A stretch of 64,000 nucleotides of DNA from Carpediemonas membranifera BICM (taxonomy: Eukaryota; Protista; Fornicata): NCBI GenBank assembly GCA_019828565.1, contig JAHDYR010000069.1:310001-374000 (forward strand). The letters run 5' to 3'. Position 1 is the stretch's first letter; each line of letters opens with the position of its first letter. Position numbers and translations under genes: made by a program. A model generated the notes under the pieces. It was given only the letters and a program-made list of their open reading frames with translations, was not told the origin of the DNA and did not search any database. This document shows, piece by piece, positions 1 through 12,300 of the stretch.

Positions 1-595
1 GGAAGGGGAGGTGGCACTCGACAGCGGCGACCTGGCTGAGGATGGCGAAGTCGTAGGCCGACTGGACGGACGTGCTTGACACCATGGGGATCCCGGTTGA
101 CCGCACGCTCATGACATCACTGTGGTCAGGAAACATTGAGGATTCCTGGCGAGTAATGGCGCGGGAGGGGATGTTGAAGACTACGGGGAGGCCGTCACCG
201 ACTATACGGTGGAGGACAGGGGCTTGGAGGACGAGGGCGTCGCCGCAGGTGATTGAGGAGACGAGAGAACCGGTGGTAGCGGCACCGTGAATGCAACCTG
301 CGGCCCCTAGTTCGCTTGGGAGTTCGTGAACGTCGATTCGATTGCCATAGCAGTTGACGCGAGGATTTCTCGTGAACGAACGGGCGATGTGATGTGCAGG
401 CGTAACTCGCGAGTGGATGATCATCTCACTGAACGCACTGGCAGCATGGGATATCGCCTCAATCCCTGTCACCAAAGATGGCAGGGAGGCGTTGTCTTTC
501 ATGATTTGTGAGGCCGTTTTGGTAATGACTTTAAAGTGCTCCTTCTTGGCATGGTACCCAACTCGAGAAATTATGACGACGCACGTGTCTGACAT
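1..595 (-). CDS. Divergent pyruvate:ferredoxin oxidoreductase-like protein, N-terminal domain (partial, runs off window start)
   Basis: Absent from the ORF track because it has no stop in the window. Manual translation from ATG 595 (alt. 502) is open to base 2: ...HSRVTPAHHIA...HELPSELGAAGCIHGAATTG...LPVVFNIPSRAI...MFPDHSDVMSVRSTG...SSTSVQSAYDFA...HLPF. This is colinear with PFOR YPITP / MQSEAGAAGAVHG / ARA / FGDH / SSSVQEAHD. Confidence 0.85.
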   Translation of the reverse strand, partial: MSDTCVVIISRVGYHAKKEHFKVITKTASQIMKDNASLPSLVTGIEAISHAASAFSEMIIHSRVTPAHHIARSFTRNPRVNCYGNRIDVHELPSELGAAGCIHGAATTGSLVSSITCGDALVLQAPVLHRIVGDGLPVVFNIPSRAITRQESSMFPDHSDVMSVRSTGIPMVSSTSVQSAYDFAILSQVAAVECHLPF

Positions 596-670
596 GCGTC
601 AGAAAACCTGTGGCGGGTTGCTGACTGGCCATCTGGGATGTCGAGTCGTCGACTCGCAACGAGACCAACG

Positions 671-1343
671 ATGCCCAATACGTTCAGGACAGCCTTGGTA
701 TGCGCCAGTAATGTGAATAGGAGTGTAGAAGCACACAAATACTTCCTTGACCATGGCTTTGATTCCGCGTTGGTGAGCTCATACGGCGCTGCCGACATCA
801 TCCGCCTCCCATCGTCCACGGGCAAGCCTCTCTCTGCTCCGTTCAGCACAAACGAGAGAAGTGCAAGAAAGACGACCTATCAGATGCTCATTGATCGTTG
901 CAAGGACGCAGCGGCTGATTTGTTCGTCCCCCTCCCATCATTGACACAGCTACGCCCGAGAGGGGATCATCGCCATGCTTGAGCGCGACATCACTGTCAA
1001 GGAGGCACCCGAAAGCTTCCAGCTGACCTTCCGTGCCTCTAGGAGGGCTGCCTTCCCCCAACTCGTCATCTGTTTCGAGGAGGCGGTTTATGTCGACCTT
1101 TGCCGGTTCATGCAGGTCGAGATGCAGACTGTAGACCTCATACCGGTACTCGTAGTCAACATCGAGACCCCTGATTCAATCAAATCAGCTGGAATCGGTG
1201 CAGAGGAGGCGTTTAGAGTTGCGTCTGCCCTAGGCAAGATCGAGCCTGCCGAGTGGATTGACAAGGCCGATGGCGTGTTCCGAGAGCTTAATGAGGAGAA
1301 GGAGTCCACTAAGGGTATGCTTCACACGTTCTTCTTCGTATGA
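671..1343 (+). CDS. SSU72: Ssu72 RNA polymerase II CTD phosphatase (exons 671-921, 950-1343)
   Basis: CX5R motif VCASNVNRSVEAH. Removing the 28-nt intron 922-949 (GTTCGT...ACAG) joins ORFs 638 and 975 in frame (DFYAREGIIAMLERD), followed by PESFQ and VICFEE motifs. Confidence 0.9.
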
Positions 1344-1495
1344 GGGGGATCTGCGGATGAATGGATGATATAAACACAGCATCAAGGCACTGTTGGCGGT
1401 ATGTGCGGCGCGGTGTACGATTGTATTGGCGTTGACAAGTTGGCGCGACTGACCCAAAAGTGCGTTTGCGGAAAATTCTGAGGGCGCCATACACG

Positions 1496-3074
1496 ATGCC
1501 AGAATACTGGCACGCCTTTGAACAGAACGAGCATAGATACATAGCATATATAGATGTGGAGGAGAAGAAACTGCAGCTTATCCTCGAGTCCCTGGTCGTA
1601 GAGGACTCCTACTGGGCCTGTAGCTACACAGCGAGCGGTACGTCCGGTCTATCATTCCATTTATGCAGGTATAGAAGAAATCACACATGGAACCAAGCAC
1701 AAGGCTTCCTTTGACGACTTTTGCGTGATGCTTCACAACGCTCTCCGCAGCGACCGCGACTCACACGTTTTCGTCCGACTCCTCACGGCCGACGACATCC
1801 AGAACCTAGCTGCAAGTCACCCCGACGCCAGCACGTCCATCACGCCGAAGTCTGGCATCATGTACTTCTGCGTTCGCCTCGACGATCAAATCGGTGGGGC
1901 CAAGATTGAAGCAACATACTCGCTGCGGCTAGAGAGACTGGAGGCGCCGACCAATGCTGCTCTGAGCAAGACAATCCGCCGGCTCAGACAGGAGAATATG
2001 AACTTGCAGGATAGGGTCACGTCCCAGCAGGCCAACGTCGTCGCCTCGCGCCAGAGATCAGAGCAGGAGCTCTCCGCAGCCCGCAGAGAGGCAGAGCTAC
2101 TCAAGCAGAGCCAGCAGTCCGAGGTGACCAGCCTCCGCACCAAGCTCTACACCATTGAGTCCGAGCTTCGAGGCCGCGAGGAGGAGCTGGAGGCCAAGGA
2201 CCAGTACATCGCCTCGCTCATACGGGAGAAGGAGAAGCTCAGCAAACGGGTGGCGGCGAGTCGGGTCAAGTCATCGCCCAGGCCGTCTGGGGCCGAGAGG
2301 GAGAGAGCGTCCAGCAGGGTGTCAGCGTCAAGACACAGATCACCCTCTCCAGTGCCCCGACACTCAGCGGAAAGGGCCAGGTCTCGGCGGGAGTCGCCCC
2401 GTCTCTCCCGCCGTGGGTCGAACTCGTCAATCGGGTCGGGCTGGTCCTCTGCCAGCAGAGCATCAAGCACGGGCCGACGTGAGGCATCGCCCAGACGCAG
2501 GCCGACCCCTACCAGAGTCACCCCCACGTCCAGGGCATCCCACACCTCCTCCAGGGGCCGGGCACCGTCGCCCACCGAGCACAGACGACCGACCTCCAGA
2601 CCGACTTCGGCGAGGTCATCCCGGTCGACCTCGCCGAGGTTTGACCCTTCAGCATACGTGAAAGAGCGCCAAGCCAAGCTGGAGAACCAGCGCCGTAGGG
2701 CTGCCACTAAGCGTCGATCCGAGCTTGCAGGGGGGCAGTCAGCCGCCCGACCCGCCCACCTGCCCCCCAGAGAACGCCGTAACTCAGCCCGAGCCCAGCC
2801 ACTGGCAAGGAAGGCTAGTGCTGAGCGTCTTCCCTCGTCTCGACCCAAGGTATCCAGCCGCCGCAGTTCAAGAGACTCGGCATCCAGGCGTGGTGGGCAA
2901 GTCCGGTCCAGCCGCCCTGAGAGCCGGGTGACGGGCGGGTCCAAGGCCAGGCCTGACAAGTCTCGTGTGAGTCTGTCCGAGCTCGATTTATCACACATAG
3001 ACGATGTAGAAGAGCTTGATGCACAGATTGAGCAGCTTCAGCGGCTGCTGAGTGATGCCAGGGACATGAAGTGA
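1496..3074 (+). CDS. CCDC61: CCDC61/VFL3-like centriolar coiled-coil protein (exons 1496-1637, 1669-3074)
   Basis: A 31-nt intron (1638-1668, GTACGT...GCAG) gives YWACSYTASGIEEITHGTKHKASFDDFCVMLHNAL...VRLLT (CCDC61 head domain). Coiled coil, SR-rich region, RFDPSAYVKERQ motif and C-terminal LDAQIEQLQ follow. Confidence 0.8.
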
Positions 3075-3316
3075 GGGGGTGTAGCGGGCCCAGTCTTTGT
3101 TTGATACAGCCGTTGTAAACGAAACGAGTCTTTGATTTTCTCTGCTCAGCCGACGTGGATGGGAATAGGACTTGGGAATGGAGGCGTAAGACTCAATAGC
3201 GCTGTCCATACTCCGCATACTTGGCTCATATTCGTGGTTGCCCGTCGCGGGGCAGCCGCGACTGTACGACGAGTCGAAACCACCACGCACACCACAGCGG
3301 CAGGACAGAGAGCCGT

Positions 3317-6300
3317 ATGTTGGAAAGCGTTGTTGCAAGTACGCTAGCAAAGCGATTAGGCAACTACATCGAAGGTCTCAACAAGGAGAACCTCAAGGTG
3401 GGCCTGAAGAAAGGCTCTCTTCACCTGACAAATCTCCATGTGAACCCGGAGGCCGTCGAGGACCTGCATCCATCCCTCGTGGTCCTACATGGCTTCATCA
3501 GCAACCTCGAGCTCCACATTCCGTGGGCTCATCTCAATTCCGACAAGGTGACCCTCAAGCTCGACGGCGTGAACATCCTCGTCGCAGCGAAGAACCACGC
3601 ATCGTATTCCGTTGAGAAGAAGGACAGAGATGCTGAGCGGAAGCTTGCGAAGAAGCAGGCCAAGCTCAAGAAGATCGAGACGACCCGCCTGCTCGAGGTC
3701 ATCGGCTCAGAGACCACCGACGGCGAGGACAAGAGCGTCAAGCGCGGCTTCTTCTCTCGACTCACCAGCAAGATTGTCAACAATCTCCAGATCGACATTA
3801 CGAACGTCCACATCCGCTACGAGCACACCACCCACGTGTTCTCGCCCTTCGCCCTTGGCGTGTGCCTCGAGAGCGTCTCACTCTGGTCCACCGACGGCCA
3901 GTGGAAGACCAAGTTCGTCTCCGACAAGGAGGACGTCCTTTACAAACTGGGGCGAGTCTGCAACCTCACAGCTTACATGGACACTGAGTTCATGGCGACG
4001 AGCACCCCGTTCCTCCAGCCTGACGCCCACGCAAGGCTCCCAGAGCTCCGTAAGGGTGTTGCCAGCGTGCTGAAGACAGAGCTGTTCACTGACGCGAACC
4101 CTTACCTCAACCACTCATGGCTGCTAGAACCACTCACCGCAGAGCTCAGAGTGACCCAGGACAATCGCCCAAGCCTCCCGAAGGACACGCCAGCTATCCG
4201 GGCAGACCTCAAGGTCGAGCGACTCAATCTTGGAGTCGATAACACGCAGACTGCACTCATACTCGACCAGGCGTCGTACTGGACGAACTTCGGCCGCGTC
4301 CAGGGTCTAGTGCACATGAGGCCGCACGCCAGGCCGACTGCAGACCCAAAGGCATGGTGGCGGTATGCTCTGGAGAGTGTTCTGTCGGACGTGAGGAAGA
4401 AGAGGGCTCGACACGACTGGTTCACATATGTTACATTGGCAAAGGATAGGAAGGCATATATCCCGCTCTACGCACGACATGTGGGCCTCGGCACCCCTCT
4501 GACAGACGCCGAGCGCATGAAGATGATCCAGATCGAGGACAGGACGTCCATTGAGGCGCTTGCTGTTTTCAGGACCTCTATATACGAAGAAGTCAGGCGT
4601 AAGAAGGCCAGCGAGACCGTGAATGCCCGTATCCGCGAGCTCGCCGGCCTAGAAGAGGAGAAGAAACCAGCAAAGAAACGCTGGTTCAAGCGGGAGGAAG
4701 CCAGCGATCTGATCGACAAGATCGACCCTGACGAGCTCGCCCAGCGCCTGGGGTTCGACGAGCTCATGACTAGAGCCCGGGCGGACGCGGCAGACGACTC
4801 TTCATTCAACATGGCGCTCGGACTCGAGGTAGACTCAGCCTCGATGTCGCTGTTCATGAGAAAGCCGCTGAGCTCGACCGGAACAATCAGAAAGAGCAAG
4901 CTGATGCGTCGACACGAGTCTGACTTACCCTTCACCATCTGCGGCGTCCCGCGCAACCGTTCCCCCCTCCTGGTCGGCGAGATCGATGGCACGCGATGCG
5001 CGTTCAAGAAGATGGACGGCCAAATGGGCGTGACCCTTGCCGTCCAGTCAAGCAGCGTCCGGGACCAGTACACGAAGAACACCCCCTTCCCCAAGCTATT
5101 CACCCCAATCCAGTCGCCCGAGCCAGGGGCCCGAGACCTGCTCGAGGTCGAGTGGACAAGCAAGCCCCGGCCCGGCGTGGACCACGGGTTCACAGCGAAG
5201 CTCCAGCCGACTGAGATCGTGTGCAATGTCGGATTCTTCATGGTCGTCAAGGATTTCTTCAGCAGCCGGCCGACAGACATGGATTTCAGCCGTGTGGGCA
5301 CCGTGGCCATGCAGAAGCTCAGTGCACTGGGTACGTTCACCACGCATTCGCTCTCGGAGTCACTGCGGAGTCACACGACAATCGATGCAAATATCTCGAT
5401 CAGCGCCCCGACGATCATCATCCCGGTCGGCACTGACAGTGAAGACATATTCGCAGTCCACATAGGTGATGTTTCCACTACGTCGATCATCAATGAAACT
5501 ACCGCCGCACTCCTAAAGGCAAACGATAAGGACACTCTCGCCGGGATCACCGACGACGACATGTACGACACGTTCGCCGTCAACCTTGTGCGAACCTCGC
5601 TCGTCCTCCACCCATCCCTTGCGGCGTTCAGAGCAAAGGAGCAGGGCTGCCCCATCATCCAGCCGCTCGACCTCAGGGGGCAGCTTAAGAACTGCGTCGT
5701 GCCGGAGAACATCGATCTGCCCAGGTATAAGGTGAGCGCTGAGCTGGACACCGTCAAGATCGACGTGTCCTCCGATACTCTCAAGCGCAGTTTAAGGTTG
5801 GTCAACGCGATTCAAGCCCAACTTCAGAGAGAGAACGAAGATGTCCGGGTCGACCTGAGCGACGTCGTTCGGTCCCCCAAGGACTCCAAGGACAAGGACG
5901 GCAAGGAGACGAAGGAAGGCGGACTCAGCCTTGGCGTGCTGAACGAGACAACCCTCCAATTTGCCCAGAGTGTTTACCGGAACAGCGGTCTCTCTCTCGA
6001 GCGTCTGGCGCTGTACAACGAGGTCGTGGTTGAGTTCTCAGTGGCCGGGTTCACCGCCTCCCTGGGCTGGGACGAGGCCGGCAGCGACGAGGCCGACGCC
6101 TATACCCAGCCTCTCATCGCTGTCAACAGTGGCAGACTGGCCGGGTCGTTCATCAAACGGCCGTGGGACGTGAGCACCGATGTGTGGCTCAACTCGTTCG
6201 AGGTGATTGACACGATGAGGGGAGGCACTCTTTGTACGGGAACCGCGGCCAAGGGCCACGAGGGTCTGCTCCACTTCACACTCAGCGCGGTGCAGGCCGT

Positions 6301-9300
6301 GAGTCCGCTGTACGCCGGGGTCAACATCGACATCGGCACTGAGATTGGCGTGTTCGACATTCAGATTAACCGCGAGACCATCTTCAGCACGATTGAGCTG
6401 TTCAACGACGTATGGACATCCACACGTCCTGAGCCGACACTCAAGCTCCCTGAGGCCCCTCTCTCCAGATCTGATTCTGAATCTGACGGGGATTCTGAGC
6501 CAATCATTGCCACCGCCGTCGACACAGTCAACCTCGCCGAGCAATTCGCCTCTGGTGCCCGCAAGGCTGGTCCTGAGGGCCACACTCTCGTCCGGGTCCA
6601 AGCAGCCATGGACAAACTGAGCCTGGAGCTTGCCACGGAGGGGCGGCCAATGGTGCATATGGTCATGGCCGATGCTGTTGGGTCATTCCGGCAGACCAAC
6701 GGGCGCAGGGCAGTCGAGGCTACACTGGCCCACTGCGGCGTCCGGGACTTGTCAATTGATGGCCCCAACCGCGAGGTGCTCGTGCCACATGCATCCGACA
6801 AGCTCGTCCACATCCGTTTCATACAGACGACAGAAGCCTCCCCAGCCTTCGCGGGCCTCCACACGGAGCTGGAGCTCGACATGGCCCCCGCTGCCCTGGT
6901 GTACTCGCCCCACTTCTTCCAGATGGTCAAACACTATGCACTCGAGTCCAGGAGAATACAGGCGGTGGTCCAGGAGCAGACTAGCTCGATCAAGCAGCGG
7001 GCGTCTGAGGCTGTGGCTAAGCTAGAGCACGGGCACGCGGTGTCGCACACGCTTATGCGGCTCAGCGTCCACTGGTCTGGCTTAAAGTGCGCGATACCGA
7101 TCACCCCGGAGAGCTCGAACGCCCTGGTCGCCAGCATGGCCGGCCTAGAGGTCTCCAGTGCCTTCAGCGTCCTCACTAAAGACCGCTCCAACCGCACGGT
7201 GGCCTATGCCGTGAAGGACACCGCCGTACGCATGACGGGCCTATGTGTCCGGTCCCCCGCCCCCTCCTCGCCCCTGGTCGACGTCGGTGTGCCTGTTACC
7301 GACATACTTCACCAGGATGAGGCGAGCGTCCTTGTGCGTCAGCCTATAGTCGACGCGAAGACTCTGGCCGACCTCGACCTGCCCGCACTGCTGCTCCGGG
7401 TGTCCTGCTCCGAGTTCACTGCCCGTCTGACCACACTACAGTACCGCTTCCTCCTGCAGTGGGCCAAGATCTTCACCTCACAGGAGGAGGACGAGAGTGA
7501 GAGGTCAAGCCACACACGGACCTACACGGACGCTGACCATTCGGCCGCTTCAAATGTAGAGGACACGGACGAAGGCTCCGCAGACCCCGTCGCCTTTGCC
7601 CTCGAAGTAACCACGCCCGGCGCCAAGTGCGAGATCTGCGACGACCTCGTCGACCCCAGCTCGCCCAAAGCCCTCTTCGAGTTCGATCTCGACACGGTTG
7701 ACGGGTATCTCAGAACTACTCGAGGCCGCACATTAAGGATGATTTGGCAGTTTAGGGGCTTTGAACTGGTCGACTGTCGCGGGCCAGACTTCATCCACCC
7801 CTCCTTCAGCAGGATCCTTCAGAAGAACACCGCCCTCACCCGCGAGTGGGCGATCGACCGCGACGCCAACCGCGGCATGCACTTGTTTGAGTTCAAGGGT
7901 GACCCTGACGCCTTCCTCACTGTAGACTACACCAAGCTCGCCAACAGGGACGACTGCACGGTCACCCTGAACACCCCAGACGTGCTCGTCGTCCCCTCAT
8001 CCATCAACGCCGTCAGGGACTTCTTCACGCCGCCCAAGTCCCCCGCTCCTAAGGCAAAGACCCCCTCGGCCAGCCCGCAGAGGCGGACCTCGTCGATGAG
8101 TCGGGCGGACAGACATCAGGTCCTCAACCCCGTAAGCATGGGTGAGATGGTGATTTACGTAGTGTTCCATAAGTCTCGTGTACGCACTCTCCACAAGCCG
8201 CAGGACCCTGATACTCGCACACTTAATATGTGGCTTGATTTACGTTACTCCATGTATATCAATAAGTGGGCTACCGACCCCCGCGACCCAGGCTTCGCCC
8301 TCGTCGGCCCTACCTACCTCACGTGGACCGCGGGTGTCCGTATTCTTGAACTGTGCATCCTCACAGGCAAGCTCGGCCTGCCTGAGCAGAGCCTGTTCGC
8401 GCCGGTGACCTCTACGGTCACCATTGAGCAGGTGGCACCCGAGGCGCAGCTTGCTTCTGGCAAGGTCATGACGCTGCGGAAGCTTGATGTGATCATCGCC
8501 ACCGAGCTCACCGCTCGTCTCTCCATACGCGATATCTTCCTCATTGTCGAGATCGCCCAGTCATTCCGCGAGCTCTCAGCCAGCGAGACGTCCGAAGCCG
8601 CGTCTGCCGCTGCCAGCACCGCCCTGAGCCTGACGACGGTCGTCCAGCCGCTCCAGACGTCCAAGATGGAGCTCTCATTCATCCCCCGCCAGCCGGTGTC
8701 CATGACCATCATCGACAACACGCGGCACGACTCACCCGTCATCGACGTGTCCGTCCGCGATTTCATGCTCGCCCCATTGGTTGTCGCCCCTGACATGATC
8801 TCAGCGTCCATCCAGGGTTGTCTAGCGGTCGACTGCTACAACAACGAGATCTCACAGTGGGAGCCGATGGTGGAGCCCGTTGCCCTCGGCATACAGGTGA
8901 GCAAGATCCTACTCCCCCCGCCGACCGAGGCTGAGAAGATCGCCGCCGTCGGGGCACTCAGAGCCGTGTCGGAGGATGACGAGGAGGAGGAAGACATACT
9001 CGACATCGGCCTGGGCGTTGATGGCCAGCTTGAGGCCGACGACGCCGCTGATGCTGGTCTAATGGTCAACGTAATCGCCGGCCAGCCAGTACAGATCAAC
9101 CTGTCGCGCCACATGTCACAAACTATCGTTGCTGGTCTCAAGACCGCGGCGATTTGGGCTGACGACATCGAGGCCCGCCCAGAGGCTTCGTTCAAGTCAT
9201 ATCGTCTCGAGAACTTCACCGGCCTTCCCGCCACGATCGCCGTGCTTAATAGCTCGACCGCCACGGACGTATTCACCACCATGACCACAGAATCTGAGCC

Positions 9301-12300
9301 GATATGGTTCGATCCACCAGATACGGCTGTCGGACTCCCCAGTCGCCGCACGCAGGACGAGGCTCAGCATGTAGTGATCACGATCGACGGCAAGTCGACC
9401 CCTGTGCTCCGTGTCGACCAGGTGACCAAGCGCCACGTGATGCTGACCCCTCGGGTAGGTAAGGAGCGCCAGATCATGCCGCTGGTCGTGGATATCCAGG
9501 TGAAGGAGCGTGCCAAGTGGATTTCTATCTCCGGACCGTACACGATCCAGTCTCTATGCGGACCCGTCGAGATGGTGCTCACGGGCGACGGCGTGGCGCC
9601 CGATCTTGAGCCAGTCATCGTCGACTCGGAGCCAGTATTCCTGCCGAGCGCGGCCTCGGAGCCGGACCTCCTCCTAACTGTCGACAACGCCACATCCGGC
9701 CCTATACACATCAAGAAGGCAGCCCCCACACGGGCCAGTGTCCGTGGTGACCTCCTCCCGTCCTGCGTAGAGTTCGTCGGGTCCCACGGCAACAACCGGT
9801 ACCTCAGCATGACCCCGCTCGGCCTCAGGCGCGGGGTCGAGCTCGTGCTGAGGGCGCCCATCACTCTCACTAACGGGCTCCCAACGGCCATCAGCGTCTC
9901 GGTTTACTCGGCCAACTCGACTGAATGCCTCACCACAATAGAGGCCGCGGCAGGGGTTTCCTCATTCATCACGCAGGTGCCGCACACAGTCAAGGCCCTG
10001 CTCGCCATCAGCATACCAGCGGCTGGACTCACAACAGCAGAGCCGCTCGTCATTGGAGCTGGGGCGTCGTCTGTGTCCATGGTCTCATTCATTGACAACA
10101 GCGCGAGGAGGATCCGCCTTGGTGTAGACATCGAACAGGACGGTTTGGATGCGGTCAAGGTGCATCTATTCGCACCGTATATCGTCTGTGACCGCACCGT
10201 ATCTGCAGATTTAGTGGCCCAGATGGCCCACAAGTCTCCGTACAGCAACGGCGTGCCGATCACTCTCTCCCCCGCCGAGGGCTCGCTCTGCCTTGGCGAG
10301 AGCCACCACGAGGGCGAGGAGGTGAAGGCGATGATCCTAGGCTTCGCCAAGCGCCGCGGGGAGACGAGCGGCGGGCTGATGCAAGTTTCAGTGCTGGGAT
10401 ACGACTGGTCTGACCGATTCAACGCGGATGCAGTCGGTACGAACGGCCAGATCATTGTCCGACGCACCACTGGAGGCGACACCCTCCGCGAGAACTTTGT
10501 GATGTTCCTCGTCGCTAAGATCAGCTTCTACAACTTCACTACAGCTAATGGGGCGGTCCTCCGCACGGGCAAGGTCATCGACCTCACCCCGCAAGTCACC
10601 ATTGAGAACAGCACGACCGAGACGCTCATTGCGAGAACAGGGCCGACCCACGCGCTTTGTAAGAACACCACTAAGGCGGCGCTGTTCATGCTACAGCCAG
10701 GGGAGACCCAGGCGGTCGACTGGATGAGAGTGGCAGCCAAGACCAAGGAGCTTGTGCCTCATATCTCTCTCACGTTCGACATTAAGAGCGCCATGCCGAG
10801 CAGCACGTTCGCACAGGGGTCGATCAACAGTCTGTTGTGGACGAGCCCTCTCGCACTCGGCAGTGCTGGCACCTTTGGCATGCGTGTAGTCGACGAGGTC
10901 GGCGGCGAGAGGTTCATCGACGTCGAGGTCCTTGCGAGGTCTGGCGCCCTCCACGCCATGCTCCGGGAGAGTGATGAGCCGCCGCTGCGGGTGACCAACG
11001 CCACTGATCTGACACTATTCATGAGACAACGAGGCCACGAGCGCGCCATTCCCCTCTCGAGCGGCGTATGCAAGCCGTTCATTTGGGAAGATCTCAACGG
11101 GACGAAGCAGCAAGAGGTCTCCCTCTCTGCAGATATGTCCAACGCCAAGCTGTTCACCCCAGACAGGCTCCTGCGTCAGCACTCGCTAGCCCACCCCTCG
11201 GGCACGGTGTTCTCGGCCGCTGTGGCTGTAGGGCCGACCAAGCACCTCGTGTTCTGGCAGGATGCGTCAGTCGAGCTCATTGACGCCAACACCCGCGCTG
11301 CAATGGCCGACCAGCGCTTTATTAGCCACTCTGGTGTCGTCCTCCCCGACGCGATGGCGGGCTCGGTCATCTGGGTCACCGTTGCCATCGAGTTCATCGG
11401 CGTTTCCCTCATCCACGAGACCACTCCCGAGCAGGGCATCCCCGTCCCGTATGAGCTCGCCCTTGTCAGCGTCCGTGACCTTAATTTCAAATTTAGGGAT
11501 ATGGCGCGGACCCGTGAGTTCGCGCTCAGTCTCAACAGCCTGCAGGTGGACGACATGCGCTGTGACGCCCTCAACCCCGTGCTCCTCAGCGCTGTTTCAA
11601 AGGCTGACGTCACGCGGACCGTAACGCAGTGGATCCACAACAAGCCTAGCCGCAGCTCGAACGGCTCTGAGTTCTCTGTGCTCGACGAGCCCGTTGTTAG
11701 GGCTAAAGTGCGTCTGTCGAAGGAGGTCAAGCGCTATACCCACTTCCGCGAGCTTTCATTCGCGGTACAGGCGCTCCAGCTGCACCTCGATGATGTCGCG
11801 CCGTTCTTGCTGACTGAGTGCATCCAGCAGATCAACTTTGGGGCTATTGGGCAGGCTGTGAGCGAGCTCAACCTGGCAGGACCGAAGAAGAATGACGAAG
11901 TCAAATCTCAGAAGATATACTTTGAAGATTTCGTTCTTCAGCCGATCAGCATCCGTCTTTCGTTCGCACTCAGCGGCGCATCCTCCGGGAACCACTCGAA
12001 CTACATCATCGACGCTGCTAGAGCCACGCTCGGTGTCGGTCTAACCCTCTCTTCCATCGATGACGCCCCGATACACTTCTTCGCGCTCATTATCCGCAAC
12101 ATGTTCGTCTCCAGTGATCAGCTCGTCCAGCGGCTGATCACCACCTACCGGGGCCAGGCCATCCAACAGGCGTACAACCTCCTAGGAAGCACAGAACTTC
12201 TAGGGAATCCCGTGAGCCTGTTCAACACCATTGGCACGGGTCTGCTCGACTTCTTCTACGAGCCCTGTCTCGCACTGGCACACCCCACCCCGCGGCAGCT

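Noticed and set aside
72-716. Short + strand ORFs 72-290, 326-511, 417-716
   Set aside because: They are antisense to the PFO-like CDS.
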